A stretch of 64,000 nucleotides of DNA from Marsupella aquatica (lineage: Eukaryota > Plantae > Marchantiophyta). The position numbers and the translations under genes are program-made. Where the stretch lies: contig OZ316895.1 of the NCBI GenBank assembly GCA_973895155.1, positions 4,777,181-4,841,180 of the forward strand, read 5' to 3'. Below the pieces are notes generated by a model. The model saw nothing but the letters and a program-made list of their open reading frames with translations, was not told where the DNA came from and ran no database searches. Positions within the stretch are counted from its first letter, which is position 1. Each line of letters begins with the position of its first letter. This document shows positions 49,196-62,738 of this stretch, in pieces.

Positions 49196-51816
49196 ATGGG
49201 CCGTCGACGAGTTGCTACGAGTTTGCAGTGTTTATTAGGGAGTAGGAATATTTTTTCTGCTCCCTGGACAAAACCTAATAATGCACAAGGAATATATCGG
49301 AACTATAGTTTCACGAATTTGGCTACAAGGAATGATGGAAGAAGTGCTTTCGGAAAAGAAACGAGACATGACATTGCATCGCCTAGACGCTTTGGGTCGC
49401 AAGGACATGAGATGTCCACGATGGCAGGCTCAGCAGATCGATTCGAATTCCAACGACGTTCTCGACCTAATTCTTTGACTAGAGGTAAACCCATAAATTC
49501 TACAACTATAACGTGAAGTTCTTGTAACAATTGAATCCAGGATTTAAACACATTCCTAGTCGATAAGCTGAATGGATCACGATATGTTCGTTTCTTCTTC
49601 TCTTCAACTTGGAAGGTCCACACCTTAAGAAGCTCTAAGGAATTTGGATTCTCTACGGATTTGTTCTTTTATAGGTCTGGAAGTGGGGCACTGGAATTAA
49701 AAGCTTTTAGTTTTCTTTAGAATTTCGTTTTGTTCTCAGTTGAAATGGGACAGCTGCACAAATAAATCTTGCACGAAAAGAATGGTAGTATGGCGCGTTG
49801 GAGAAATTCTTTTTGTGTGGTTTGGTCCCTTTGCCTTTGTGTTTCTTCTTCTCGTGTTTGAAGTTAGTTGTAGGCAAATCTGAACTTCGGGGTGCCTGAG
49901 CAATTTATGAACAAGCTTTGACAGAATTATATAAGCTCTTGAGTAGAATCTGAACTATTTGTTCTGGTGACCAGCGTTTTCGTACGAGCAGAGGTGTTGG
50001 CATACGTCTGGAACAAATTTTGAAGGAGCAGAAAAGTATGTATCACTTCCCACGGAACTGAATAGTGTACATAGGTCTAAATGTGTGTAGTTCTCATGTA
50101 GCTGACTCGTATCCATTTGGATTTTCGAATGCAAGTAGAGCAGGGTAGGGGAGATCACTTCTTCCACAAATATCACCCATCAAAGATAGTGAAAAGTAAG
50201 TGGTTACAGGATTATAATCCTAGGATATTGTATTCTAGACGAGCTATACAGTATGAAGATCCGATGAGAACCCTCTCGAACACGCTCTTGGTTCTGGGTC
50301 CAGAAGTAGAAGCTGTGTTTGGTGCTTCCGGTTTCTAATCACCATAGATTCTTTCAAGAAGAAACTTCGATACTTTCGCAGGCATTTTTGGTGACCTTGC
50401 CCATCTGACGTTGTGTAGTGAGGCTACCCCAACAACAGGGTAGGGTCAGGTGTAGTAGCTTAACAGTGAGTACACGACATCGTATCATTCATACTTCTCG
50501 ACTGATGCCTCATTTACCGGCAGGATTTCGGTTACCTTTGTTGACAAGGACGGCGACGAAACAAAAATCCAGGTTCCAGTTGGCATGTCTATGCTTGAAG
50601 CTGCTCATGAGAATGACATTGAACTTGAAGGTAGGTTTGCATGCAATGGTTTTGATATGTTGCATAAGCGAATCGCGATCGAAACTCCTTGATCGAACCT
50701 AGCTTACTGCATTCTAAATGTTGAGATGATTCTGTTAGTAAGATTATACTGCTGATAGGGTTATTGTTGTGGATGTGTCGCACAAAACTTGCGCAAAAAG
50801 CTTTGAGAGTAGGTCGGAGTTTATGCGTGTAGAGGTAACACCATGCAAGTTGCTACTAAAACTCCTTTTGACAGCCTTGCATTTTACTTTCTCGAGCAGG
50901 TGCTTGCGAAGGCTCATTGGCGTGCTCAACATGCCATGTTATATTTATGGTAACTCATGGAACCTCTACCGTCGTTGCCTTAGACTTCTGTTTGTGTTCT
51001 TAGGGAGGAAAAGATCACCGCAATAATTTACAGAACCGACCTTTGACGACTACTGAAAGGTCTGGGTCGTTGTTGCCAGCTGGCAGCCATCTGTTCTTGA
51101 AGGGTGGATGATCTATTGTCAACGAGAGGAATTGATTGGAGTTTTGTACTAGTAATCTAAGTGTCAAGAATGAGTTTTGTGCATGTCTTTGATTCTGATG
51201 CACAGCTGTAGGACCGCATCCTATGGTAAAGTTTTACAACTTCCAATTTTTGTAGTTGAAACTGTCACATAGAGAACCAATCATCTGCACATAATTACAA
51301 TCTTTTGTTCCGTGTAAGGGGAGATCCTGGTCGAAAAGAGAGAACAAAGGAAATAACGGAGTGTCGATGACGCATCAGGAAAATGTGTAATATGGTCAGG
51401 TGGAGTCCCAGTCCAACTCATTTTAGAGAGGCTGACTCAAGACCGCTGTGGTCATTCATGCCTGTTTGTGCAGGATGAAGAAATGTATAATAAGCTACCG
51501 GAGCCATCAGACGAGGAGAATGATATGCTTGATCTAGCTTTTGGTTTAACTGAGACGTGAGTGCTTCACGACTTCTCAATCTGTTGAATTGTGGGGTCTG
51601 ACAGGGTCTTACACATTCTTAAAACTCATAGATTTGGTTTGTCATTTCTAGTGGCATTCTTGTATATTACTGGCTGGAAATTGACTGTTTATGTTGTGCA
51701 GGTCCAGGTTAGGCTGCCAGGTGATAGCGACGCCTGAGCTGGATGGGTTGCACCTTGCCCTTCCTGCTGCAACTAGAAATTTTGCAGTCGACGGTCATGT
51801 GCCTAAACCTCATTAG
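49196..51816 (+). CDS. MFDX: Mitochondrial adrenodoxin-like [2Fe-2S] ferredoxin (6 exons)
   Basis: [10 protein letters not shown]...[31 protein letters not shown]...[23 protein letters not shown]...[18 protein letters not shown]. Exons 49196-49484, 49975-50035, 50524-50630, 50900-50949, 51474-51556, 51702-51816. Arg/Ser-rich presequence. Confidence 0.95.
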
Positions 51817-53651
51817 ACTCAACAGCTAGCAGCAGCAGGGTGCGGCAAGAATCCTCGTGTAGGCATTTTTATCCTGCAAAATTTTGAGATTCAATAAAGT
51901 CGGTGGTCAATCCATCATCCAAAAAGGTGCCGAGACTTCTTCACCTTGTTAATAAACTTATGCAATCAATTTAAAGTTGACTGCGTAGCAATAGATTACA
52001 GAATGGCTAATGTTGAAAAGTAATCATTTAGGAAACACTGTCCATGTGGATAGTATCTGTAAAAGTTTCATGTTAAATGACAGCCACAGCAGTCTTACAT
52101 GGTATCTCAATTTGTCATGAGCACTGCAGAAGATTACTATTTGGCTAACAGGACTGATCTATATTTACAAAGCGGAAACTGCTCTACACACTAATATATC
52201 TACCTAGCGCCTACAAGAACCATGTTGAAAAAAGATTAGTATGTCCTCCTGCTAGTCTCTATAACAAAGTTTTACTCTATCCTGCTAGTTTTGTCTCGAA
52301 TTTATCCACATAATTTGGAAACTTGTCATGTGGAGTCCCCTGTCCTAGTGTCCTCGTAGCTCAGCTAGTTAGTCTGAATTGCCATTGTATCATGCCTCAT
52401 ATTCTGATCCACCCAACCCTTGTCTCGCAACCGCCCTATTCTCATCCCTCCGGGCTAAGGACAACACCCCCCCCCCCCCCACAATGCATGTCTAAAATGG
52501 ACTGCCAGGTCCCACTCTTCCAATTGTGTGACAATTAAGTCTCTGTGTAGTCTCATGCAACAATGTAATTTTCTGTGTATCTGAAGGCTCGTTTGACGCA
52601 GGTCTGTGATGCTTATTCTTTCACACATCTCTTGCGGAAACGATAGGATTCTCCATTTTCGTCTGCCTATCTTTTCCTCGGCAGTGGGTTGAATTCCCCC
52701 CAGGTGATGGAAATGTGCATCATGGAGACAAACGATCTTGTTCTTGCTTGCTATGAGATGCCAAACTTGGCAAGCCGTTCAATAACTAAGGTTCCTATGT
52801 GACATGTGAGTGAATCACCCAACTGAAAAGTAGGTCAAGCTTACGGTATGCACGAGAAGCGGCAAAAGAGAAAAGAGGAGAGCTTTCACAAATAACTTTT
52901 GGACCAACTGGAGCTTGGATTGCAGAAACCATCGGATCCTGAGAAGCCTTCTTCCAGTATGTTGCCAAACGTTTACTAGTGTATATATTTTGAGAAAGCG
53001 CAGCTTATGCTTTGGCGTAGCAATGAATTGGACAGACAACGTCTCGAAGCATCATTTCAACCCTTAAGCTACTAATTACTTTGCGGTTTCTTAGCTCATT
53101 GGTACGAACCTGTCGCGGGGAGGATGTGTTGTTTTACGTACGTTTCAACTCCATAGGAGTAAAATCCTGTAGCTTATATGATTTCCCTTCCAAAAAAAAA
53201 TCTGTGACTGACTTCCAAGAAAAATTCTTTCGGCGAATTCCTTACATGCTTTGCAAGCAGGTATACTATATCGACCCCAATTCAGGATCATGGAAGTTTT
53301 GAAATAGGGAAGGCCTTGCCACAGAAGAAACTGAACATAGGCATTGGCCTCCAAACAACTAAAAACTACCCCTTGGAATATCAAGAATACTGAACTCAGT
53401 AACCCAAAAATGCAAATTCTGCACGTGTGCGTAATTTGGCCTGCCTGTTTGTAAAATGGGACATGACATGGAAAATGCTAGGTGTGTAACTATAATTGGA
53501 TCCCCTGTCCTGGAAGAAGAGTACCAAGAAATCCGTACTTGAATCTAAAACTAGGGACTATCGGAGAGTCTGAATGAAGGAAATATGAATCATAATCAGC
53601 TTCACATTTGCTATGAGAAGGATTTAGGTATGCGGCCAACAATTATTTCTT

Positions 53652-56600
53652 TCAGCCTTCAACTGTATCCAGGGTGAACTGCTTCAGCCAAATGATCACT
53701 TCATTCCTCTGCATTCATACACAAGAAGGCCAATTGTTTAGAAAGGGTTCCCACAGATTGGGTACACCAGAAAATCAGGAGATCAAAAGCAATGTAAACT
53801 AAGGAATGACTTGCATCATCCTTTTCAACAATGCTATGCTGAGACTTGGAACAGTCTGCTCAATACTGACTGCAATGATTTATCCCTTTCAGAAAGCTAA
53901 TCAGGTTAGTCACACAAGAAAATTATTCGTTCTCTTGTGGACATCGTCTGGCAGTTCAGAACTTCACGTGTAACTCGAATGCAAGCTCACAAAGAAGGCG
54001 ATTGGCCATGTTGATCAAGTCTAGACCCTACCAAAAAACGTAACAGAATTTAAGCCCCTACTTCACGGAATGCGCGGTACTTAGTATGTGCGAGGGCCCA
54101 CTTTTGTATTTTTCGTTCATGAGTTTGAAGTGCAAAACATTTACAAATATGCGTTCAGCAAAAGTAGGGGCATACCCTCATGAATGCCCAAGTGCGACCT
54201 GGATCATTGTAACGAGCAAGCAAGTACCCCTCTTCTGGCTGTTCCTTGTCTTCGATCAAAGCTGCTCGCAGTACTCTTTCCTTGTCCTTTATAGTATCTT
54301 CATCTGCCTCTCCACTAAATCTGATAACAGCAGCAAAAGTTTTCTCCACCGGACGAACCTTGACTTCTTCTGACAAGGGAGATGGAGCACTGCACCACAG
54401 AACACCCATTGTGAAGATCCACAGTTACATCTTACCTAAGAAGTAAAGTCAAGAGTCAAGAACTGAAATGATATGGCCAAGGATAAAATGTACTATTGCT
54501 TATTCTCTTGTCAAACAAGGACAACGACAAAGAAGTTCAAGTCCTCAAGCCAACACAGTCACTTATCTATATACTGCTTTTGTTTATTCTACCTTAGATT
54601 CCGCACATCTGTATAACACCTGGTATCTTGACACTACTACCTTTCTAGGAAAATTCTCTAAGTCGGTGGGTCTGCACCAGATGGCGTGTCTCTATATATG
54701 TCATGGAGAATGTGAATCTAGATCTGTCTCTTAGCGTGACTCTTCAAGATGGAAGAACACCTACAAACTCGAATTAGCAATATCGTCCATTTGTTTGTAG
54801 CTCAATAATTCTGTACAAACATACGTAGCTTAATCGTACAGATCGAGGATGGATGAACACTCCATCTAGCTAAATTGACTAAACTGTCCGAAAACATTTT
54901 TTTCTAGCAGTCGAACCATAAGAGAGCTCTACAGTGAATTGTTCTTTACCTTGAAAGCTCCTTTTGAAGTGGAAGGACAAATTGCAGTTGAAATGAATTA
55001 TCAGCTGACTGATTAAATACTGGGGTTGTCATTTTCATCTTCTCGCCTTCTGAATTCTTCCCAAACAGATATCTGTACCAAAGTAGGAGACATCCAAGGG
55101 AATAAACACTTCTGACGTCCAAAGAGAAGCTGTCAGGATGTAAGAAACGTCTGATGAGAGTAAAGGCACAACATCTTCAGAGGACCACACACAATTATGC
55201 AGTGGGGGTTATTGAGGTACAAACCCTGCAACTTCATTGAATCCTTTGTTGCCAACAATTTGATCCACGGGAGTTTCTGCCACAAGGAATTGCTCGTACT
55301 GCCTCACCTGAGCTCCGTCACAAATTAAGAAGAAATGCGATATTATGTGTGAGAAATCTCCGTTTCAAGAATTTTTAAGTGACACTAAAAATTCCAGGCT
55401 TAAGTATAAATAACTACCTCATATATTGAAGTCCTCTTTAATGTCTTGTATCTTGGGGTCTCCAGGTCTGGAGTCTTATACATCCTCAGCTGATTGACAC
55501 AACCACACGCCAAGTTGCTGAGAAAGGCCCATCCTTAATTTCATGCTAACTATAACATAGCAGTGAAGACTGAGTAAAGAAAAACCCAATAATATACCAA
55601 ATCATCGAACCTGCTTGTACAAATCTGCCACAGCCTCCAAAGAGAAGTACTCGTTGTTTTTAATCGAATCCCAGTAATCCTGCCCAAAAGCACGAGGGCA
55701 AGCCAGAGAAATGGTCAATACGTAGCCCAAACGATCCACAGCAGGACGACAATTAGTAAGGCCTGATCAGATCTTTGAGACAATTAAGTTATGCCAAATT
55801 GCTTACACTGGTTGTAAGCGAATCATAAGATTTGCAACTGACCTACCTGATATTTACAGGATCTCTGTTCGAGACCCCTTGGGTCTGTCTCAACAAACAA
55901 ACATATGATAGAGCGATGAAATAACGAGAATACTCTAGTGACAACTGTTTGTGACGGTTTGGGACAACATAATTGTAAAATAACCTGATTGGAGATCATA
56001 GAGTCCACTTTCGGCTAGGATAAAAGTGTAATGAAAACATACAACATGACGGTTGAATTTCCCCGTTTCTTCATTCACAGTCATCTCAGACGTTCCTGTG
56101 AAAATGAGCTCAGGTCTCCATGGAATAGGAATGAAGTACATTGTCATAGTCCAGCGAGTGGTTATTTCCGTCGGGCCTGTCTGTCAGATAAAGCTCCAAC
56201 GTTACAAAATTGGCTGTTGTGAACGCAGAGATACAAGAACAACTGCCCAGTGTCTACAAAACGATCCCAAACTTCCTAGCCTAAAGACTCCCAGCGTTTA
56301 CCAGCAACTTTAAAGTCAACCGTTCAGACAACAGAAAAGATGCACTCAGCTGAACCTCAAATTAATCCAAGCTTCGAAAGAAAAATCGAATCTCTTGCAT
56401 CACTTAAACTGGGCCCAGATGAAGACAGAAGCAATGAGAATTTGTACGGCAAACGGATGGGACCCCAAATACTATCATCCACAATATGCATGGCGTAAAT
56501 CAAATTTGGATCCCCTTGGGTGCAATGAGTTTAATTTTAGGCAGTAAGAGAAGTGCAAGTTTGAAGCTCGGTTTACATGACCCTGCTTGCCCCACAGGGG

Positions 56601-57813
56601 AAAAACATTTTTTTCCCCATACATTGTTTTGCCCACACGTACGTTTTTTTCCCCATACATATTGAACAAGGAGATTTTCTTCGACGTCTGAGATTCTGAA
56701 GGGGAGGAACCACAGCAAATGAATGATTGCACAAAGTGAACAAACCTGTTTTACGCTGTGTAGCTCAAACTTTGGAGTCAAAACCCTACGAAGAAACTGG
56801 ATGTTGAACAAATAGCCATCCAAGGTATCATACTTGGTGATTGGGTCTTTGAATTCAACCTTCTGGTCATACATATTTTTATCAATGCCTTGCTCGTCAA
56901 ACAGATGGACCAAATCTTTTTCTAGAAAGGCCATCAGCTCCTTCATCTTCGGAGAATCATAATCGTATTCTTTCTGTTGTTCTGTTGATGTTGGTGCCAA
57001 TGCTGAGCAGATCATTCCTTGCTTCCTCCTCGATACACCTGCTTCTCCTCTACATGCATTACCATAAGCTTAGCACCTTTCATGAGCTGCTTATGTGTAG
57101 AACGATTTTGGTAATACCATAACATCAATTGGGAACATTCCTCGGGCCATTTCGAGAGGTCTTTATTTCCACAAAAGCTCGGCCTGTCTACTTTACTCAT
57201 CTTGCATCTAAAAAGAATGCAAAATTTTAGATGGAGCTAAAAGTTTGAAATTGCGTGCATGAACAAGAATCACACAAGTCATGAAGCTTTGACTTTTAAG
57301 GTATTTGTGTAAGAGTATGGAACTTTCAACATACTGATGGGTTCTTGTGATCCCTCTCTGAGTTTGCCAGAGTTGAGAAACACAAAACAATAACAAATGA
57401 AGCACCGCTGAGCATAAACTGATAAGGGTGACGAAGACTCTGCACAATTCCCCAAGAGTAAGCTCAATTTTATTGTAGGGAGCTCAATTCAGAACATAAG
57501 GCCACGGATTTATTTGAGGTCAGTTAAAACTCCACAGAACACACCTTTTAACTGCTCCCATGTCATGTCGGCCGTTGCCGAAGCTCAGGTTCTGGGATGA
57601 TGAGCTCGAACAGGGACTGCTCTCAGTTCTCAACCTCCCCCTTGTACAAGTGTCGACCGCAGAAGGTGCAGCAGCAAGCCTTGGCCCTCCTAGAGACACT
57701 CTTGATGAAGAGTGAGTAGCACTAGAGGTGAAGGCTCCAACAGAGGGAGACGAAGGAAACTTCATACGTTTCATTGTTGAGGGAATTTGATGTAAGCTCG
57801 CCGTACCAGCCAT
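53652..57813 (-). CDS. HBP5: SOUL heme-binding protein with N-terminal SnoaL/DUF2358-like domain, plastid-targeted (HBP5-like, 9 exons)
   Basis: FLEKDLVHLFDEQGID...FKDPITKYDTLDGYLFNI, TTRWTM, DYWDSI, YKTPDLETPRY, YEVRQY, YLFGKN...MKMTTPV, AVIRFSG, LLARYNDPGRTW..MRRNEVIIWL. Exons on the minus strand: 57813-57545, 57049-56746, 56180-56043, 55679-55611, 55489-55418, 55307-55225, 55072-54950, 54389-54176, 53708-53652. Confidence 0.93.
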
Positions 57814-59290
57814 ATCTACTTGACTGAGAGTGACTCGAAACTACCAGCTTCAAACGTTGGCAAAATGAATCGAGTTACTCTCCCTCTTTGCAAATCTTGC
57901 GCTAACACTCTACCTCCGGACTCCGATCTGAAATCTGAACAAACAATTAAAATCTCTGAGTACATTGTCCAATACGAATTAGCTGAGCTGACGACCAAAC
58001 TAAGCTGGAACGATCCGCATCTTGGATTCTTAAGTCCTGTAACACAAATACGGTCGACGAACGGACTCGGGTATTTGTTCTGTGGTTGTTAACTTTCATT
58101 TCAAACCCAGTAAATTCTAAAGCATTTTAATAATATATTCCGAGAATAGAATTGATCGGAGACCTCACTGTTAGATAGCCTGACTACAAACTAAGTACAG
58201 TAAATTCCCTCCTTGGGCACAAATATTGTCGACTCTGAATGCAATGGCTCTCTAACTCCAATCTGCTTTTACCTGGCACCGACTCTCCTCCCCAGATTGA
58301 GTCATTCCCAATTTGTGAATACAGCCCAATTGAACTAACGAGAGATCTTTGACTGCTTCAACAACAGAGATTTTAAAGAAACATTCACGCATGAATATTG
58401 TGAGAGCCAAGCGCCAAATGATTCACATGACACGCTGTTAAATTTGTCATCGGCAAAAGAGTCAATGACCTCACAGTTTGGTCTCAGTACCTCCCACGTT
58501 CAATTCAATCCAATTCAGTTCAGTCGAATCCAATCCAATTCAGCTCAACCCAGCTCGGTTGTAATGTACACTTGCTTGTTCAGAAAAGAGTCCCAGCAAC
58601 GAGTTTTGATCCAGCAACGTCGATCCTGTGCAGTGGAATGGACAGCAGAATTTCGTAATTAAGAGTAGAACACACCTGTCCGTCTGCCTTGGAGGCAGCG
58701 AAGTTTGAATGGTGTTTGCTCGCACCGTGAAAGGGGGAGGGGTGAAACGTGTCCTGTCTAACCAATCTCTCGTGTGTTCTCCTCCACACCAGTCCTGTCT
58801 GCCTTCTCCCCTTGCTTGCTGGCCCCACTCTGCTCGTGACCACACATACTCGGGCTCAGGTTTCAGGGGCCTTAAGGGGGGGGGGGGATGCATTCCAAGA
58901 ACTCTGAGGCAACTCTTTTCTTTTCTGTTTTTCCTATCTCTGATCTTAGCCGTTCAAATGTGGGAACATGACCCTCGGGGCACAATCTAGCAAAACCTGT
59001 TAGCGTGCCTGTATTTTGCTGATGTGTCCATGCTTTTTAATCAAAAATGTACACTACGAGGTGGTCTGAAGAATAGATGCTTGGTCAATTTCTCTATTTC
59101 TATGGAGGATCTTGCATTTATATTCCTGACCTGACAAATTTTGGCTCACTCATTTGAACTTGAGTGAATGCAACAGACCTCATGTTTGCAATGGGTGAAG
59201 ACGGATGATTTGTGCCCGCTTAGTGATCCCCTTATGGGAGGTGTTTTAGGATATTTTTATTTCCTTGCCTATGAAATAACTTAAATTTTA

Positions 59291-59470
59291 AAGCCCCTCT
59301 TTTGTTATTTATGATGCAAAATGTATATCCTTTTCATTCGGACATTTGCTTCTCCTGACCATCGCCTTCTCATGGTAGGTTCTACAGGGGACATTTTATT
59401 TCACTCCGCTGCTTCCTCTATCACCTGGCAATTTCCCCTGTCAGTTACCCTTTGTTTCTCCCTGTGCACA
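59291..59470 (-). repeat. Dispersed repeat, copy 2 (inverted relative to 5720-5914)
   Basis: The reverse complement shares the same colinear blocks as 5720-5914. Confidence 0.7.
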
Positions 59471-60488
59471 GGCGGAAAGACAAATAGACCAGTAGACACC
59501 ACCATTAGAATAGAGAGGGGATTTATAAACATTGTGGGGGCAGGGGGGGAGGTCACCAATGGAGATTCAGGGGGTGTGCGTCCCTTCCATTGTTGCCCAA
59601 AGTGGAGTGTAGTTTCTAAAAATAATTAAAACAGTTTGGGAGGCCTCTTTAACCCAGCACTGGCCATATAAGAGGAGAAGTTTCCAATACTTCTTCCTTT
59701 TTCACACTACTCTCCTCTCGAGTGAGATTTTGCTCCACAATTTTAGGAAAAAGATACCAAAAAAATGGTGAAACTTGGTGGATCCAGGTTTCTCCCTAAA
59801 TGTATTTGGATTACATAAACCATCCAAGGTGATCCGCCATTGGTCCCAGGCCTACCCAAGCAAGATTGGCAGTGAGCCTCAGGGGAGGGGGCCAGAGTCA
59901 GGATAGGGGCATGGTGGTGCCTGGCCAGGCAGCTGACCACCATAGGCCACAGATCAGTGGTGGGTAGCCTTGGGTGGTTTATGTAATCCACATACTAGGG
60001 GGGCAGGTTGATAATTAAAATAGTTTGGGGGCGGTTGGTAATTAAAGTTAATTTTGGGGGTAGGGTACTAAGAGCATCTCCAGCGGTCCTCCTTTAACGC
60101 CCGCAAATGCCAAATATTAAGGATGGCGGTCAAATATGGAGACTTGCACCTCCCATCGGTGCCCCGTATCCCTAAAGTCATAGCGGCCGACTAGCCAACT
60201 TGGGTACACCCGCCGCCAGTTTTGGCATCATTGGAGGTCGCGAGACAAACCTGCCATCCTGCCCCCCATTGTAATCAACGGACTGCACATCACCACGCGT
60301 CATCATTGCGAAGTGACCCTCTCCAAGTTTAACCAGACATGGCAAGTTTCAAAATGTATGAATCTCCCGCGACGCTGTGAAATCACGACTTTTTTACTGT
60401 GTACCTTGAATGTTTGTGCACTCTGCATAGTGCACTCCTCGTGTGCTCTCGACAGACATCCAATTGCAGACATCGACACTGTAGGATC

Positions 60489-61511
60489 ATGGCAACCATC
60501 CGCAGGAAAAATTACATAGAAGAAGAATTGAAGCAACTTTGCTACATCGTACTTCATGTCTCTCAAGACCCGTGTGTAGGGAATGGACAACGAGCTGAAA
60601 AGTTTTGGGACCGGGTGTTTGAACACTATGAGAAGCACAAGCTGCGTGGGAGTGAGGTGAGGGGGAAGAAATCACTTGAAGGCAAGTGGCATGACATCAA
60701 GCACGATGTCTCCAAATTCATTGGGTGTTTTCAGCAAGTAGATTCACGTCAGACTTCAGGGACCAACGAGGCGGATACATTGAGAGTTGCGAAGGAGTTA
60801 TACAATGATAACCATCCAAAGCACAGGAATTTTTCATTTGAATCTTGTTATTTCATTTTGAAGGACTGCCCTAGGTGGAGCAATCCAACCAACGATATGG
60901 CGAAGGGGAAGGGCAAGAAAAAGGTAGCAGCAAAAGGTGCAGAGAAAGATAAGGACATCTCGAGCCCAACTCCAGAGATTCTTGAGACATCAGACGATGA
61001 CATTGCAGCACGAGAACCTGATGACTATGAGTCAGGATCAGCGAGCAGGACGAGACCTACAGGGAATCGGAGGGCGAAGGAAGAGTTAAAGCGAATGAAG
61101 CACCAAGAAGATGCTCTGAAGATGACATCGTTGGCTCAGAAAGAGATGGCCGCTGCCAATGTTCAACGTGCTTGAGTAGCTGAAAACAATTCCAGTATGG
61201 CATTGTTTTCATTACCTACAAATAACATGACACCACAGTTGCAAGCTTTCATGGAGGAATGGAAGTTGGAAATTGCCATCAATTTGAAGCAACGAATGCA
61301 GTAGCATATACATGTCCAGCCAATTCCTCCAGTGACACACAATCCACTGCCAAGCGTCCGACAGCCGGTATTCCCAATGCCAACGCCACCTCCAAATGTT
61401 GTTCAGGAACCAGAGCCGTCTGAGGATGAAGGGGACGAAGCAATTGAAGTTCCAGTCGGGGAGCAGCCAATGAACCAAGATGATTTTATGGCAATGCTTG
61501 AGCGAACATAA
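60489..61511 (+). pseudogene. Harbinger/Pong ORF1 (Myb/SANT-like DNA-binding, NAM-associated type) with premature stops
   Basis: RRKNY.EEE..QLC...LHVSQDP.VGNGQ....FWDRV, SLEGKWHDIKHDVSKFIGC, F.FESCYFILKDCPRW, RPTGNRRAKE. The frame continues through TGA (61173) and TAG (~61302) to TAA at 61509-61511. Confidence 0.85.
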
Positions 61512-62336
61512 GTTTAGGTAGAAAACCCCTAGGTAGACTACATACAGGGGTAGCTTTGGTTCAACAGGACTCACTCTTGTAAAATTGGATGAGTTTAATA
61601 TGAGGAATTTTTTGTGCTTCAGGCATTTCATGGCATTGTCGTGAAGGACTGATAATTAATCAAAAAAATTCCAGCACATGGATTTGTATTACAACATTGT
61701 CACATTTGGTTTACAAAAATGCAGCCACCCTCAGGCCTGCCTTTGCAATTTCGAAGTACATCCTACTCTATGTATGTGTTGCTGTCTATATCCATCTATT
61801 GCCTCAGAAAGAGATGGCCTCTGCCAATGTGCCTCTATATCCGTCAATTGAAAAACCAGGATTGTACCAGCTCAAACATTGAAACTTACAAAAACAAAAC
61901 CTGCTCTACAGTAGATGACTCGTGTCCCCAATCAGTCCCCAATCGGTCCACTCCCTCCACTTCAGTCTAATGGCCATTGCCAATTGTAGATTTCACCATC
62001 AAATCGGTCATCTTCGCCATTCTCTGAATCAGAGAATTCCACCCTCGCCCTCCTCGCATGTCGAGGCTTCTTCCTCACTGCCCGAGTCTTCTTCTTCTCC
62101 ATGCTTGTTTGGGGAGGCGGAATGGGAGGTGCTTCCTCTCTTGCAATGACCACTAGGAGCGATCCAACTGCATCAGCCTGGGAGCTTCATCGGGTGTAGG
62201 AGGTCGAACTGAAAAGGGAGTACTAGGCCTCTCCTGCCTCCTGCGCTCATCCACAGCTCGGATTGGAGGTGCCATAAATAATACTGGGGAGGAAACTGTT
62301 ATTCCAATACCCAAGAGAATCACCCTCTCCCTCCAC

Positions 62337-62442
62337 AACGTCAAGGCACAATTGCAAATGGGCAGCAAACGTCAAGGCACAATTGCCTCCAAGCAGCAAA
62401 TGTCGAGGCACGATTGCCTCCAGACAGCAAACGTCGAGGCAC
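62337..62442. repeat. 31-bp tandem repeat inside the Pong-like element
   Basis: AACGTCAAGGCACAATTGC...GCAGCA, about 3.5 copies. Confidence 0.85.
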
Positions 62443-62738
62443 TTGAATTGCTCCACAGAATGCCTCACTACAATCCTCATTGCATAATGTATACAAGGGT
62501 TTGTAGCGAGTGCTAGCTCCACCTGCAAGAGTAGAAGCTCCTGGTGAAAAAATGTGTTGGCAGTCCTATAGAATAGGACCTGTCCCGCAGCTTCTTTAAT
62601 GTTGAAGGGACTTGTCTAGCTTGCCATCTCATGTGAATCAGGACACGATGTTGGACAGAATTGACATGCCCTCAATTAAAGATGGTGACACAAACAATGT
62701 TTGGCACATGCAAACAAGACACTCACCAAGGTCAATTA

